A DNA stretch of 64,000 nt, from NCBI GenBank assembly GCA_038087875.1, contig JAXLNO010000600.1:248001-312000 (forward strand). The letters run 5' to 3'. This document shows, piece by piece, positions 51,622 through 62,500 of the stretch. Every line of letters starts with the position of its first letter. Position 1 is the stretch's first letter. Position numbers and translations under genes: made by a program. This DNA is from Malacoraja senta. Its lineage: Eukaryota. The notes beneath the pieces are model-generated. The model was not told where the DNA came from, ran no database searches, and worked only from the letters and a program-made list of their open reading frames with translations.

Positions 51622-53740
51622 TACTTACTTGCTTACTTACTGCCTGTTATGCCTCCTGGCCTGTAGCAACGAAGGTCCTCCACTCCTGTCTGTTCTGGGC
51701 TAGCTTCTGGACACTACAGTCCTAGAAGTCCATCACGCCCAGTAGTGTTGATTCCTTCAGTTGCTGTTTCCGTAACATATTTGTTTTACGAGACAGGGTT
51801 GTTAGCCCTGTGCTCAACCCCCAACCTGGAGGACCAGTGGATCGCTCTTCGTCTCGAGATGTTCGGCGGCTGTGGCAGGGCCTGAATGCAATCACCTCTT
51901 ACAAGGCAAAATCAGGAGGCAGCTCGAATGTCGGCGAAACATCACTCCCTGATGAGCTCAATGCGTTTTACGCACGCTTTGATAGGGAGAACACCGATGT
52001 GCCTTGCCGAGCCCCCATTCGCTGTGATGGTATTTCCGTCTCAGTCACAGAGGCCGACGTCAGGAAATCCTTCAGAGGGGTGAACCCCCGAAAAGCGCCT
52101 GGACCTGATGGTATACCTGGTTGTGTTCTAAAAACCTGTGCGGACCAACTGGCTGGAGTTTTTACGGACATTTTCAACCTCTCACTTCTGAGGTCTGAGG
52201 TTCCCACCTGCTTCAAAAGGGCATCAATTATACCAGTGCCCAAGAAGAGTAAGGTGACGTGCCTCAATGACTATCGACCTGTGGCACTAACGCCTGTGGT
52301 GATGAAGTGCTTTGAGAGGTTGATCATGACGCAGATCAACTCCTACCTCGACAAAAACCTGGACTCACTGCAGTTCGCTTACCGCCACAACAGATCAACG
52401 GTTGATGCGATCTCGCTGGCCCTCCACTCCGCTCTGGACCACTTGGACAACAAAAACTCATATGTCAGGCTGTTATTCATCGATTACAGCTCGGCATTTA
52501 ACACAATCATCCCCTCCAAGCTGGTTACCAAGCTCGCAGAACTGGGTCTCTGCGCATCCCTCTGCAATTGGATCCTCGACTTCCTCACTCTCAGACCACA
52601 GTCTGTTCGTATTGGTGGAAATGTGTCAGACTCGATAACAATTAGCACGGGAGCACCTCAAGGCTGCGTGCTCAGCCCCCTGCTGTACTCACTCTATACT
52701 CATGACTGCGTAGCCGGACATAGTGCGAACTCCATCATCAAGTTCGCTGACGACACCACTGTTGTGTATCACTGATGGCGATGAGTCAGAGTATAGAAGA
52801 GAGATCGAGCAACTGTCCATATGGTGCCACCACAATAACCTGGCCCTCAACACCAGCAAAACCAAGGAACTGATTGTGGACTTTGGAAGGAGTAGGATGG
52901 GGACCCACAGTCCCGTTTATATCAACGGGTCGATGGTTGAAAGGGTCAAGAGCTTCAAATTCCTGGGCGTGCACATCTCTGAAGATCTTTCCTGGTCCGA
53001 GAACACTGATGCCATTATTAAGAAAGCACATCAGCGCCTCTACTTCCTGAGAAGATTACGGAGAGTCGGTTTGTCAAGGAGGACTCTCTCTAACTTCTAC
53101 AGGTGCACAGTAGAGAGCATGCTGACCGGTTGCATCGTGGCTTGGTTCGGCAACTTGAGCGCCCTGGAGAGGAAAAGACTACAAAAAGTAGTAAACACTG
53201 CCCAGTCCATCATCGGCTCTGACCTCCCTTCCATCGAGGGGATCTATCACAGTCGCTGCCTCAAAAAGGCTGGCAGTATCATCAAGGACCCACACCATCC
53301 TGGACACACACTCATCTCCCTACTACCTTCAGGTAGAAGGTACAGGAGCCTGAAGACTGCAACGACCAGGTTCAGGAACAGCTACTTCCCCACAGCCATC
53401 AGGCTATTAAACCTGGCTCGGACATAACACTGAACTTTATTAGCCAATATTGTTATTTGCACTTTATCAGTATATTGATTCATGTGTGTATATATTTATA
53501 GAATGCCTTGTAGTCAATGCCTTCTATGTTCTGTTGTGCTGAAGCAAAGCAAGAATTTCATTGTCCTATCAGGGACACATGACAATAAACTCACTTGACT
53601 TGACTTGACTTGACTCTACCCTTCGACCTGTCCAGCATGGGAGACCCTAACAGGAGACAAATCTCCCACTGGCATAGCTCTAGGGGTCACTGAGACACAC
53701 AAGCTCCCCGACCACGACAAGGTTGCAATCCATTGGGGAG
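51622..53740 (-). mobile_element. RTE-derived non-autonomous element in two pieces (51622-51854 and 53615-53740), split by the Rex1 insertion
   Basis: Minus strand starts with the RTE-type 5' motif ccttgtcgtgg...gagctatgcc, contains cctccaggttgggggttgag, and ends in (taag)n. Confidence 0.6.
51855..53614 (+). mobile_element. Rex1/Babar LINE, 5'-truncated, RT with one frameshift
   Basis: [50 protein letters not shown]. Ends in aataaa and (cttga)n. Nested within an RTE-derived SINE. Confidence 0.9.
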
Positions 53741-53889
53741 AAAGTAAAATAGTTTGTAATGAAACCAAAGTCCTGTGTTGGAAATATGCCGCGGGTTAGC
53801 TAGCATTTTATAAAGAGGGAGAAAATGAGTTAAGGTTACTGAGCAGGTTTGGCAGCTTCCATGGAGTGAGGAATGGTGTTACATTAACG

Positions 53890-54250
53890 TGTGATCAACA
53901 TCAAGGACAACATCAAGAACAGTCTGAAGAAATTCCACATCACATCGAGCAACTGGGAGCACATTGCACTGGACAGACGCTCCTGGAGGAAATCTGTGCA
54001 GGAAGGAGCTGCACGTCACGAAATGGAACAAAGCGGGAACAGAGCAGAGACAAAGCGACAGCACCGTAAGGAGAGAGAGAAGGGGGCTCGACGTCTACCA
54101 ACCACCGCCAGTCTCCACTGCACACGTTGCTCAAAGTTGTGTGGATCGGCGATCGGCCTCTACAGACATCTGCAGACCCACAAGTAGACGACTCAATGGA
54201 GAGGAGAGGACAGTCATACTCGTTTCCCGTGACCGCCGATGATGATGATT
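53890..54250 (+). mobile_element. RTE-clade LINE 3' fragment
   Basis: KDNIKNSLK...WEHIALDRRSWR...CTRCSKLCGSAIGLYRHLQTH, followed by a (gat)n tail. Confidence 0.8.
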
Positions 54251-55534
54251 AATAATGCAGGTCCACTATCTTGAGATCACTGCTGTGCTGCACCCTGGAC
54301 TGCAATATTACTCTCAGCATGGTCCAGGGTTAGTCTTCCACTGGAAGGCCCCACTCCTAGCACATTGCCATGACCCACACAGGGTAGTACCTCTCCCAAT
54401 GATAGTGCTCAGGGAATGGAGGGATATGGATTATGCGCAGATAGATAAGCGATGATATTGTCATCATGTTCAGCACAGATATTGTGGGGCGAAGGGCCTG
54501 TTCTTCTGCTGTACTATCTATGTTTGTTCAATATTCGTCTGCACTCATAGTCAGGCATTCACAGCTGTCACAGTTTTATTGTTTAACCATCAGTCTTAAG
54601 GCACATAAATTTCTGCATTCCTCATTTTATTTCTCAATGACCATCTTGTATTGCTGAGTTGTTTAAGAAGGAACTGCAGATGCTGGAAAATCGAAGGTAG
54701 ACAAAAATGCTGGAGAAACTCAGCGGGTGAGGCAGCATCTATGGAGCGAAGGAAATAGGCGACGTTTCGGGTCGAGACCCTTCTTCCATGGACCCTGCTC
54801 TGTAGATGCTGCCTCACCTGCTGAGTTTCTCCAGCATTTTTGTCTATCTTGTATTCTCAGTATGCACTTTCTCATGGGTGTAAATATTTTCTCTTCATCC
54901 ATTTGATCAAAATCTTTCATAATATTAAATGCCTCAGGAGAAAATAACCGATCTTTTATAAAAATCCATCATAGCTTCCATGCTTTTAAACTCTATGCCC
55001 CTGTGGATAATACCTGTTTTCTCAAACTGCTCTGCCAATTGTGAGCTGTATGTAAAAGCTCGTATCATATTGTCCATTTGATAGCAGCATTAGCTAATAT
55101 TATTTGTTTCTTGAGCTTGTTTTTGATTCATAGGGTGAATGATATGGTGTATTATAGTAACTCTATAGAAGACGAAGTATATGTGCAAAGTAGGCACAAA
55201 ATGCTGGAGTAACTCAGCGGGACAGGCGGCATCTCTGGAGAGAAGGAATGGGTGACGTTTCGGGTCGAGACACTTCTTCAGATATGTGCAGGCAGATTGT
55301 GAGAGCTAAACAAACGTTACTGCACTGAAGAAGGATCTCGACCCGAAACGTCACCCATTCCTTCTCTCCAGAGATGCTGCCTGTCCCACTGAGTTACTCC
55401 AGCTTTTTGTGCCTATCGTTGGTTTAAGCAAACATCTGCAGTTCCTTCCTGCACAAATGTTACTGCACTATCTTTTCAGATGACATCATGTAATCGTATG
55501 TGGATTAGTGCCTGACAGTATTTCTGCTTTGCAG

Positions 55535-55672
55535 GTACACTTTGGTCTGTGGATGGTACGATATTTCTGTACGTTTCTGTTGTTTGCCCTTGGATTGAAA
55601 GCACCAGGTTTGCCTCGAAGACCCTACATGGTGATCATTAATGAGGATGAACGAGATGTTGAATGCAATGAG
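55535..55672 (+). CDS. ABCB6: ABCB6 second coding exon (138 bp)
   Basis: ctttgcag|GTACAC...AATGAG|gtaggt. Encodes VHFGLWMVRYFCTFLLFALGLKAPGLPRRPYMVIINEDERDVECNE, matching the ABCB6 VQFSLWVLRY...APGL...EDQDVE segment. Phase 0/0. Confidence 0.9.
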
Positions 55673-55915
55673 GTAGGTGAATAATTAAAAGAGGTCTTGG
55701 ATTTATGTAGCATTATTCAAAATCTTGGAACAAAGCGCTGAATTTGCAAGCATTAATACAAGATATTAGCTGAAGAATAAAAATTAGGTAACCAATGGGA
55801 TTTGTTCTGCTTTTTATTTGAAAAGAAAGGGAGACTCTTGGTTTAATATCTTGTCTGAAATACTGGGGGAGTTTAGAAACTGCTTATATAACTATCCTTG
55901 TCAAAGAACTTTTAA

Positions 55916-56042
55916 CTGAAGAAGGGTTTCGGCCCGAAACGTTGCCCATCTCCTTCGCTCCATAGATGCTGCTGCACCCGCTGAGTTTCTCCAGCATTTT
56001 TGTGCACCTTCGATTTTCCAGCATCTACAGTTCCTTCTTTAA
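55916..56042 (+). mobile_element. Penelope-derived mini-retroelement starting at a hammerhead core
   Basis: Begins CTGAAGA A GGGT TTCG GCCC GAAA CGTT. Flanked by the 17-bp direct repeat caaagaacttttaactg (55902-55918 and 56043-56059). Confidence 0.85.
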
Positions 56043-56561
56043 CAAAGAACTTTTAACTGTAGTGTGCTGTGAGATGTCACGTCTGAATATTATCATGGTG
56101 TAACTATATAGTGACTTTGCACTTGAAAAAAAAAAAAATATTAATAGGATAATTTATTTATTTCTCAAGATTGAGTGTATAGTTATTTGAGTTGGAGGCA
56201 GAAAATGGAGTTGGGTTCCAATTAGGTATTCTTTTTTTCTTAATATTTTATAGGTGTCTATAAACGCTTTTAGATATTCTAAGTGGCAGGGTGTGACAAG
56301 TGATGAAATTATGTTGGGGATTGCACCATTCAGCTTGCATAACCTTTTAGAAGATGTGTTAGAAAGCCACCTGCCCTGATTTATCAGTAACACAAAGGTA
56401 GGTGATATTGTATGCAGCCTTCAAAGTGAATTGGATAAATATGGAACTATGGTGAAAGTTGAGGGAGACTTGCACACTGTGGCACTGTGTTTAGGTTTCT
56501 GCGTCTCTGGTGCTATGAGGCAGCAGCTTTACCAGCTGTGTCGCTGTGCTACCCAACATTT

Positions 56562-56864
56562 AATAGTAAGATTAAACGAGAACGTACCAGTTTGAAGTTT
56601 GATCTGTATTTTATGAGGAGTTACGATGAGGGATTACGTGAAGAACCCGTCCAGCACGCATGCGCGACATACTTCAAAGCAGCGGTGTGGAATCACAGGA
56701 AACACAATAATTGAAATAATCATAGTAAAGAAAAGGAGAACTAAGATACCAGTTGATCTCTATAATTGAGGGTGGGAGCGGAGGGCACGTAATCCCTCAT
56801 CGTAACTCCTCATAAAATACAGATCAAACTTCAAACTGGTAAGTTCTCGTTTAATCTTACTATT
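56562..56864. repeat. 79-bp inverted repeat pair (DIRS right terminus and internal complementary region)
   Basis: 56562-56640 is the reverse complement of 56786-56864 with one mismatch. Confidence 0.9.
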
Positions 56865-59329
56865 TTACTTCGGAGTCACGTGAGTGACTACGTGAAGATT
56901 TTAAAGCTCTGTGATTTCAAACCGTGTAACAGTTCATACTTCACTCGCTGCCGGTCATTCAAGGGAGGAAGTATGTTATCGTAATCAACCATGAATCTGT
57001 TTGTAAAACAATAATGGTATTTATTAAACAATAACAAAAGAAAAATGCACCCCCGGGCTTAAATTATATATTTGCAGATTCTAAAACTCTTTCTGCAAAT
57101 AATACAGGTTCTGCTAGCGGCTTATTGTAGAACGTTTGGAACGTTTTCTCCATGGACCACCCCGCTGTAGCCAGGATGTGGTCCAGTGGCACGTCCATCC
57201 TTTTAGCCGCCGATGTGGATGCTGCCCTGGTGGAGTGAGATGTATATACGTCAGTATCTACTCCAGCAGCTCCCAGTACCTGCTTGAGCCATCTTGAGAT
57301 AGTTTGGCTCGACACCCGACCATGAGGTTTCTTGTGGCTGACCCATAAGGCTTTTTTTCTCCCTCGAAATCTCTTGTTGTGTTGATGTAAGTGAGTAAGT
57401 GAGTCATGACACATAACCGTGGGTCAGGTGGGTATGCCCGGAAATCCATAACTAGGCCTGAAGTTCCTGGCCTGCTCTGCTTTACCAGCTCCTGAATGGT
57501 GAATGAGACACGGTCTGGTGTTATAACCATGTTGTCCAGTTGCAGTAAGTGGAGGGACTGGACTCTTTGTGCTGAGACTAGTGCCATCAGCATGACCGTT
57601 TTCAGGGTTAGCTGTTCCAGGGTGAGAGACCTGGCTGGTGACCATCCCCTTAGGTATGTCAGGACCACACTGACATCCCAGATTTGGGTGTACCTAGGTC
57701 TAGGGGGGTTGGAGTTGAATATACCTCTCATGAGTTTGATCACCAGCGGGTGAGACCCTATGGCCTGTTGTCCTGGTGCCTGTTTTAAGTAGGCTGACAG
57801 AGCACTTCTGGCAGTATTGATGGCGCTGTAGCTCAGTCCTTCATTATGGTGAAGGCCGGCCAGGAACTCCAGTACATTGGTTATGGTTGTAGATGAGTAT
57901 GTGTCCCAGTATTCGAGCAGTATCTTTCCCACTTCCTGATGCTCGATAGGTATTGTTTCCTGGTGGACATACGGTGGGATGCTGTCATCGTGTTGATGGT
58001 CCTGTCAGACAATCCCAGGCCCAGCAGTGGTCTTTTCATAATCTGCAACCCAGTAGGTTAATTTTGTCATGGCATGGATGACTTATGCCTGATACCGGGT
58101 GAGTCAATAGGTCTGGGCTACTGGGAAAGGTCATAGGAGTTTCGATGACCATGTCGAGGACCACTGGGAACCATGGCTGTGTAGGCCAGTTGGGTACTAT
58201 CAAAATACCTGAAGCAGAGTCCATCTGTATTTTGCGTAGTACCCTACTGATGAGGCAGAAGGGGGGAAAGGCATAAAATAAATAGTTTCCCCAGTTCAGC
58301 GAGAATGCATCTATCGCTGCTGCCTCAGGGTCTGGTTCCCAAGCGACATACATTGGTACCTGGTGATTTAGTCTGGATGCAAAGAGATCGATATCTGGTG
58401 TGCCATATTGCTTTGTAATTTTAGCAAATGCTTTAGGATTTAACATCCATTCGGTGTTATTATTGAATTTGCGTGACCTGGTGTCTGCCACTGTATTTAG
58501 CTTACCTGGTAGGTAAGTTGCTGATAGCCAAATATGTCTATCGACACACCATTGCCAGATTATGTTGACCAAATTGTCACATGATATCGATTTTATTCCG
58601 CCCATATGGTTAATATAGGCCACCACCGTGGTATTATCAATCTGTAAACGAACATGCAAGTGGTGCATATTCGTAGAATATGCTTTTAAGCCATAAAACG
58701 CACCCAACATTTCCAAATAATTTATGCCCAGTGTCTGTAGTAAAGATGATTCTAGGTTAGTCCATCTACCACCTGTGCTGGATATGGTATTAGTTGCTCC
58801 CCAGCCTTGAGCACTGGCATCTGTTTGTATAGTTAACGTTGGGTTATTGATGATGATAGGGCTGGAACTATGCCAAATGTGCTCTATCTACCATTGTAAC
58901 TCTGATATTGCTTCAATGGGTAATTTCATCGTTCGGTCAAAGTGACCTGCATGTCGTTTTAACGCCTGCACTTTTGCCCTTTGTAGGTTTTGATAGTGCA
59001 GAGGTCCAAATTGTGTAGCTGGAAATGCTGCTACTATTTTGCCAATTACTCTTGCCACTTGTCGGATGGTTGGTCGATCGCTAACCATTAAATTGTCTGT
59101 GCCAATTCTGCTGCTTTATCTTTTGGCAATGTTACAGACATGTGGACTGAGTTAATTGTGAATCCCAGACAGTCCATAGTTGTGGATGGCGTCAACTTAG
59201 ATTTATCTGGATGTAAGACAAATCCCAGGGTTTCAAACAATTGTTTGGTAGCTAATACAGCTGTTTTAGCCAATTCCATGGTTTTGCCTACTATTAGAAT
59301 ATCATCAAGATATGCCATGACAATATGTC
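56562..59329 (-). mobile_element. DIRS1-type tyrosine-recombinase retrotransposon, 3' part, truncated by the assembly gap
   Basis: RT (YLDDILI) at 59088-59318, RNase H and methyltransferase-like ORF (DLFASRLN, YAFPPF) at 58036-58716, tyrosine recombinase (HSTRAA, TFQTFY) at 57064-57932 with a frameshift. Terminal inverted repeat and ICR at 56562-56864. Confidence 0.92.
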
Positions 59330-59529
59330 NNNNNNNNNNNNNNNNNNNNNNNNNNNNNNNNNNNNNNNNNNNNNNNNNNNNNNNNNNNNNNNNNNNNNNN
59401 NNNNNNNNNNNNNNNNNNNNNNNNNNNNNNNNNNNNNNNNNNNNNNNNNNNNNNNNNNNNNNNNNNNNNNNNNNNNNNNNNNNNNNNNNNNNNNNNNNNN
59501 NNNNNNNNNNNNNNNNNNNNNNNNNNNNN
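59330..59529. other. Assembly gap (200 N)
   Basis: Run of 200 N characters. Confidence 1.
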
Positions 59530-62500
59530 ACTCCAGGTGTGGTCTCACTAGGGCCCTGTACAACTGCAGAAGGACCTCTTTGCTCCTATGCTCAACTCCT
59601 CTTGTTATGAAGGCCAACATGCCATTCGCTTTCTTCACTGCCTGCTGTACCTGCATGCTTACTTTCAGTGACTGATGAACAAGGATCCACAGATCTCGTT
59701 GTACTTCCCTTTTCTCAACTTGACACCATTCAGATAATAATCTGCCTACCTGTTTTTGCCACCAAAGTGGATAACCTCACATTTATCTACATTAAACTGC
59801 ATCTGCCAACCAATTTTCCATCCATGTCAGTACCCAACCCCCAATTCCATGTGCTCTAATTTTGCCCACCAATCTCCTATGTGGAACCTTATCAAATGCT
59901 TTCTGAAAGTCCAGATATCCACTTGCTCTCCCTTGTCCATTTTCCTAGTTACATCCTCAAAAAATTCCAGAAGATTAATCAAGCATGATTGCCCCTTCGT
60001 AAATCCATGCTGACTCGGACCGATCCTGCTCCTGTTATCCAAATGTGCTGCTATATCATCTTTTATAATTGCCTCCAGCATCTTCCCCACCACTGTGAGG
60101 CTAACTGGTTTATAATTCCCTGTTTTCTCTCTCCAGCCTTTCTTAAAAAGTGGGATAACATTAGCTACCCTCCAATCCACAGGAACTGATCCTGAATATA
60201 TAGAACATTGGAAAATGAACAAGCGTTCAAGAGAGTTTTAATGTCATGTGTCCCTGATAGGACAATGAAATTCTTGCTTTCTTTTAGCACACCAGAACAT
60301 AGTAGGCACGAATACTGAACAGATCAGTGTGTCCATATACCATTGCATAAATATATACACACATGAATAATTAAACTGATAAAGTGCAAATAAACAGATT
60401 ACTGGCTATTAATGTTCAGAGTTTTGTCCGAGCCGAGTTTAATAGCCATTGTGTCCATGATTTCTAGAGCCATTTCCTTAAGTACCCTGGGATGCAGACC
60501 ATCAGGCCCTGGGGATTTATCAGCCTTCAGTCCCATCAGTCTACCCAACATCATTTCCTGCCTAATGTGGATTTCTTTCAGTTCCTCCATCACCTGGCTA
60601 CCAGCAAAAGAGGAGGTAGCTGACCCCCTGACAGATGTGTACGTTTTGACATAGAGAGGTGAGAGATCAATGTAATATCATTCTTCAAGAAGCTTAGTGT
60701 AGATGGTTTATGCATGCAACCAATCACATAGCTACCTCACCACTACTAACCCCGCCTTAAGTATCATTTATAATAACGCCTGCTTCTCCTTCTGCGCAGT
60801 ACAGTAGCAGACTGGAATCAGTGACTACTCGTGTATTAACTCTGTATACTTATTAAAAGACTATTATAATGTCACACGTGTGTAATGACTATTTACATGG
60901 TGTCAGACAGTGACTACTCGCGTCTCCTGTTTATCGGTTTTTATTTCTTTTGCTAAGTTTTTATTTTCATTTTGACAATGGCTTCCTCTTGCCGAAAGCC
61001 TGCTCAGCACGTCTTCGATTCGGACATCGCGGAGCGCTGGGCTACTTTCGAACTGGACTACCGCCACTACATGACTATTGCTCATCGGAACGAGCCCGAT
61101 GATGTCAAAGCCTCGCTTCTTCTCAACCTTGCCGGCCCCGATGCCATGAGAAGAGCCAGGACCTTCAATTATGCCCCAGCGGTCCTGGGTGCCAACAATC
61201 AGGTACTGGTACCCATGGAAACTGCGGAAGACCCGCATGTCCTGCTACGCAAGTTCGGGGAGATTTGTGACCTGCCCTCTAATCGTATTTTAGAAAGGGC
61301 GCGATTCTTTACTCGCAAGCAGTTGCCCGGTGAGCCTGTTGAGCGCTTCATCGCTGATTTACGTTACCTAGCCCAGAGGTGCAGGTTCGAAGCTATGACA
61401 GACCAGCTAACTAGAGACATTTTGGTGACAGGGATGATCGATCAGAAACTGAGATCAGAGCTCCTCCGCAGACCCGATCTCACTTTAAATGAAGCCATGC
61501 ACGCCTGCAGAATGGCTGAGGCCATTGACCCGCCAGACAGTCAGCGTGATTCGGACACTAAATCTATCAACCTGACTGGGTTCAATAGACCGCGACCTCG
61601 ATCTGATAACACTCAATTTGTGCCTCGGCCCGGCCCTGCATCTGTCGGTGAAACCCCCAAATGCCCAAACTGTAACTACATGCATCACAGGCAGTCGCCA
61701 TGCCCTGCCTTCGGTAAAGCCTGCAACTATTGCAAGAAATTAAACCATTTATCTGCTGCCTGTCGTTCTCGTGGGAAGGTGCCACGAGCTTCCAGACCTA
61801 ACCTAAACATGCTGATGGAAGCTGATAACATGTATTGTTCTCTGTCCTTGCTCGACGCTGCCCACGCTGACGATCCAATTATTTCGCAAGGGGAGGCGAG
61901 TGTGCATTCACTCCTTCACGCACCTGGCCGATTACCCGATCCAACTGTTCTGATAACTGTCAACAATTCCAGCTTTCACGCTAAGCTCGACACTGGGGCA
62001 AAAGTGAATGTAATGTCAATAAGCCTTTTTAAGAAGATAAGGAATAATGAGCTAATGATTGCAGACCGTTCCACTCTGCACGCCTATGGAGGCGAGGTGC
62101 TGAGACCGCTGGGAAAAGCTACTTTCACTTGTGTGCTGAAAAAGACAACGAGTGCCTTGACTTTTTATGTTTTGAACTCTGACTGTGTGACTCTGTTGGG
62201 CGACCAGGCATGCCAGGATCTGGGCCTGGTGTCGTTTGACAGAACGGTCCACAAGGTGATGATATCGGTAGACCCGGTAAAGGAATACCCAGACCTGTTT
62301 AATGATGAACTGGGCAAGCTGCCTATTACCTACAAAATTGCTACTGATCCAAAGGTGTCACCTGTAATTCGTGCTCCGCACAGAGTGTCTCATGCCATGA
62401 AGGACAAAGTCGAGTCCATGTTGAACGACATGGTCACCATGGGGGTGCTAGAGGCGGTCAGTGAGCCCACCGAGTGGGTGTCCACCATGGTTGCCACGTT

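Noticed and set aside
58036..58716. Bacterial or phage methyltransferase and integrase from contamination or horizontal transfer
   Set aside because: These domains, in this order with RT and an ICR, are standard DIRS1 components.
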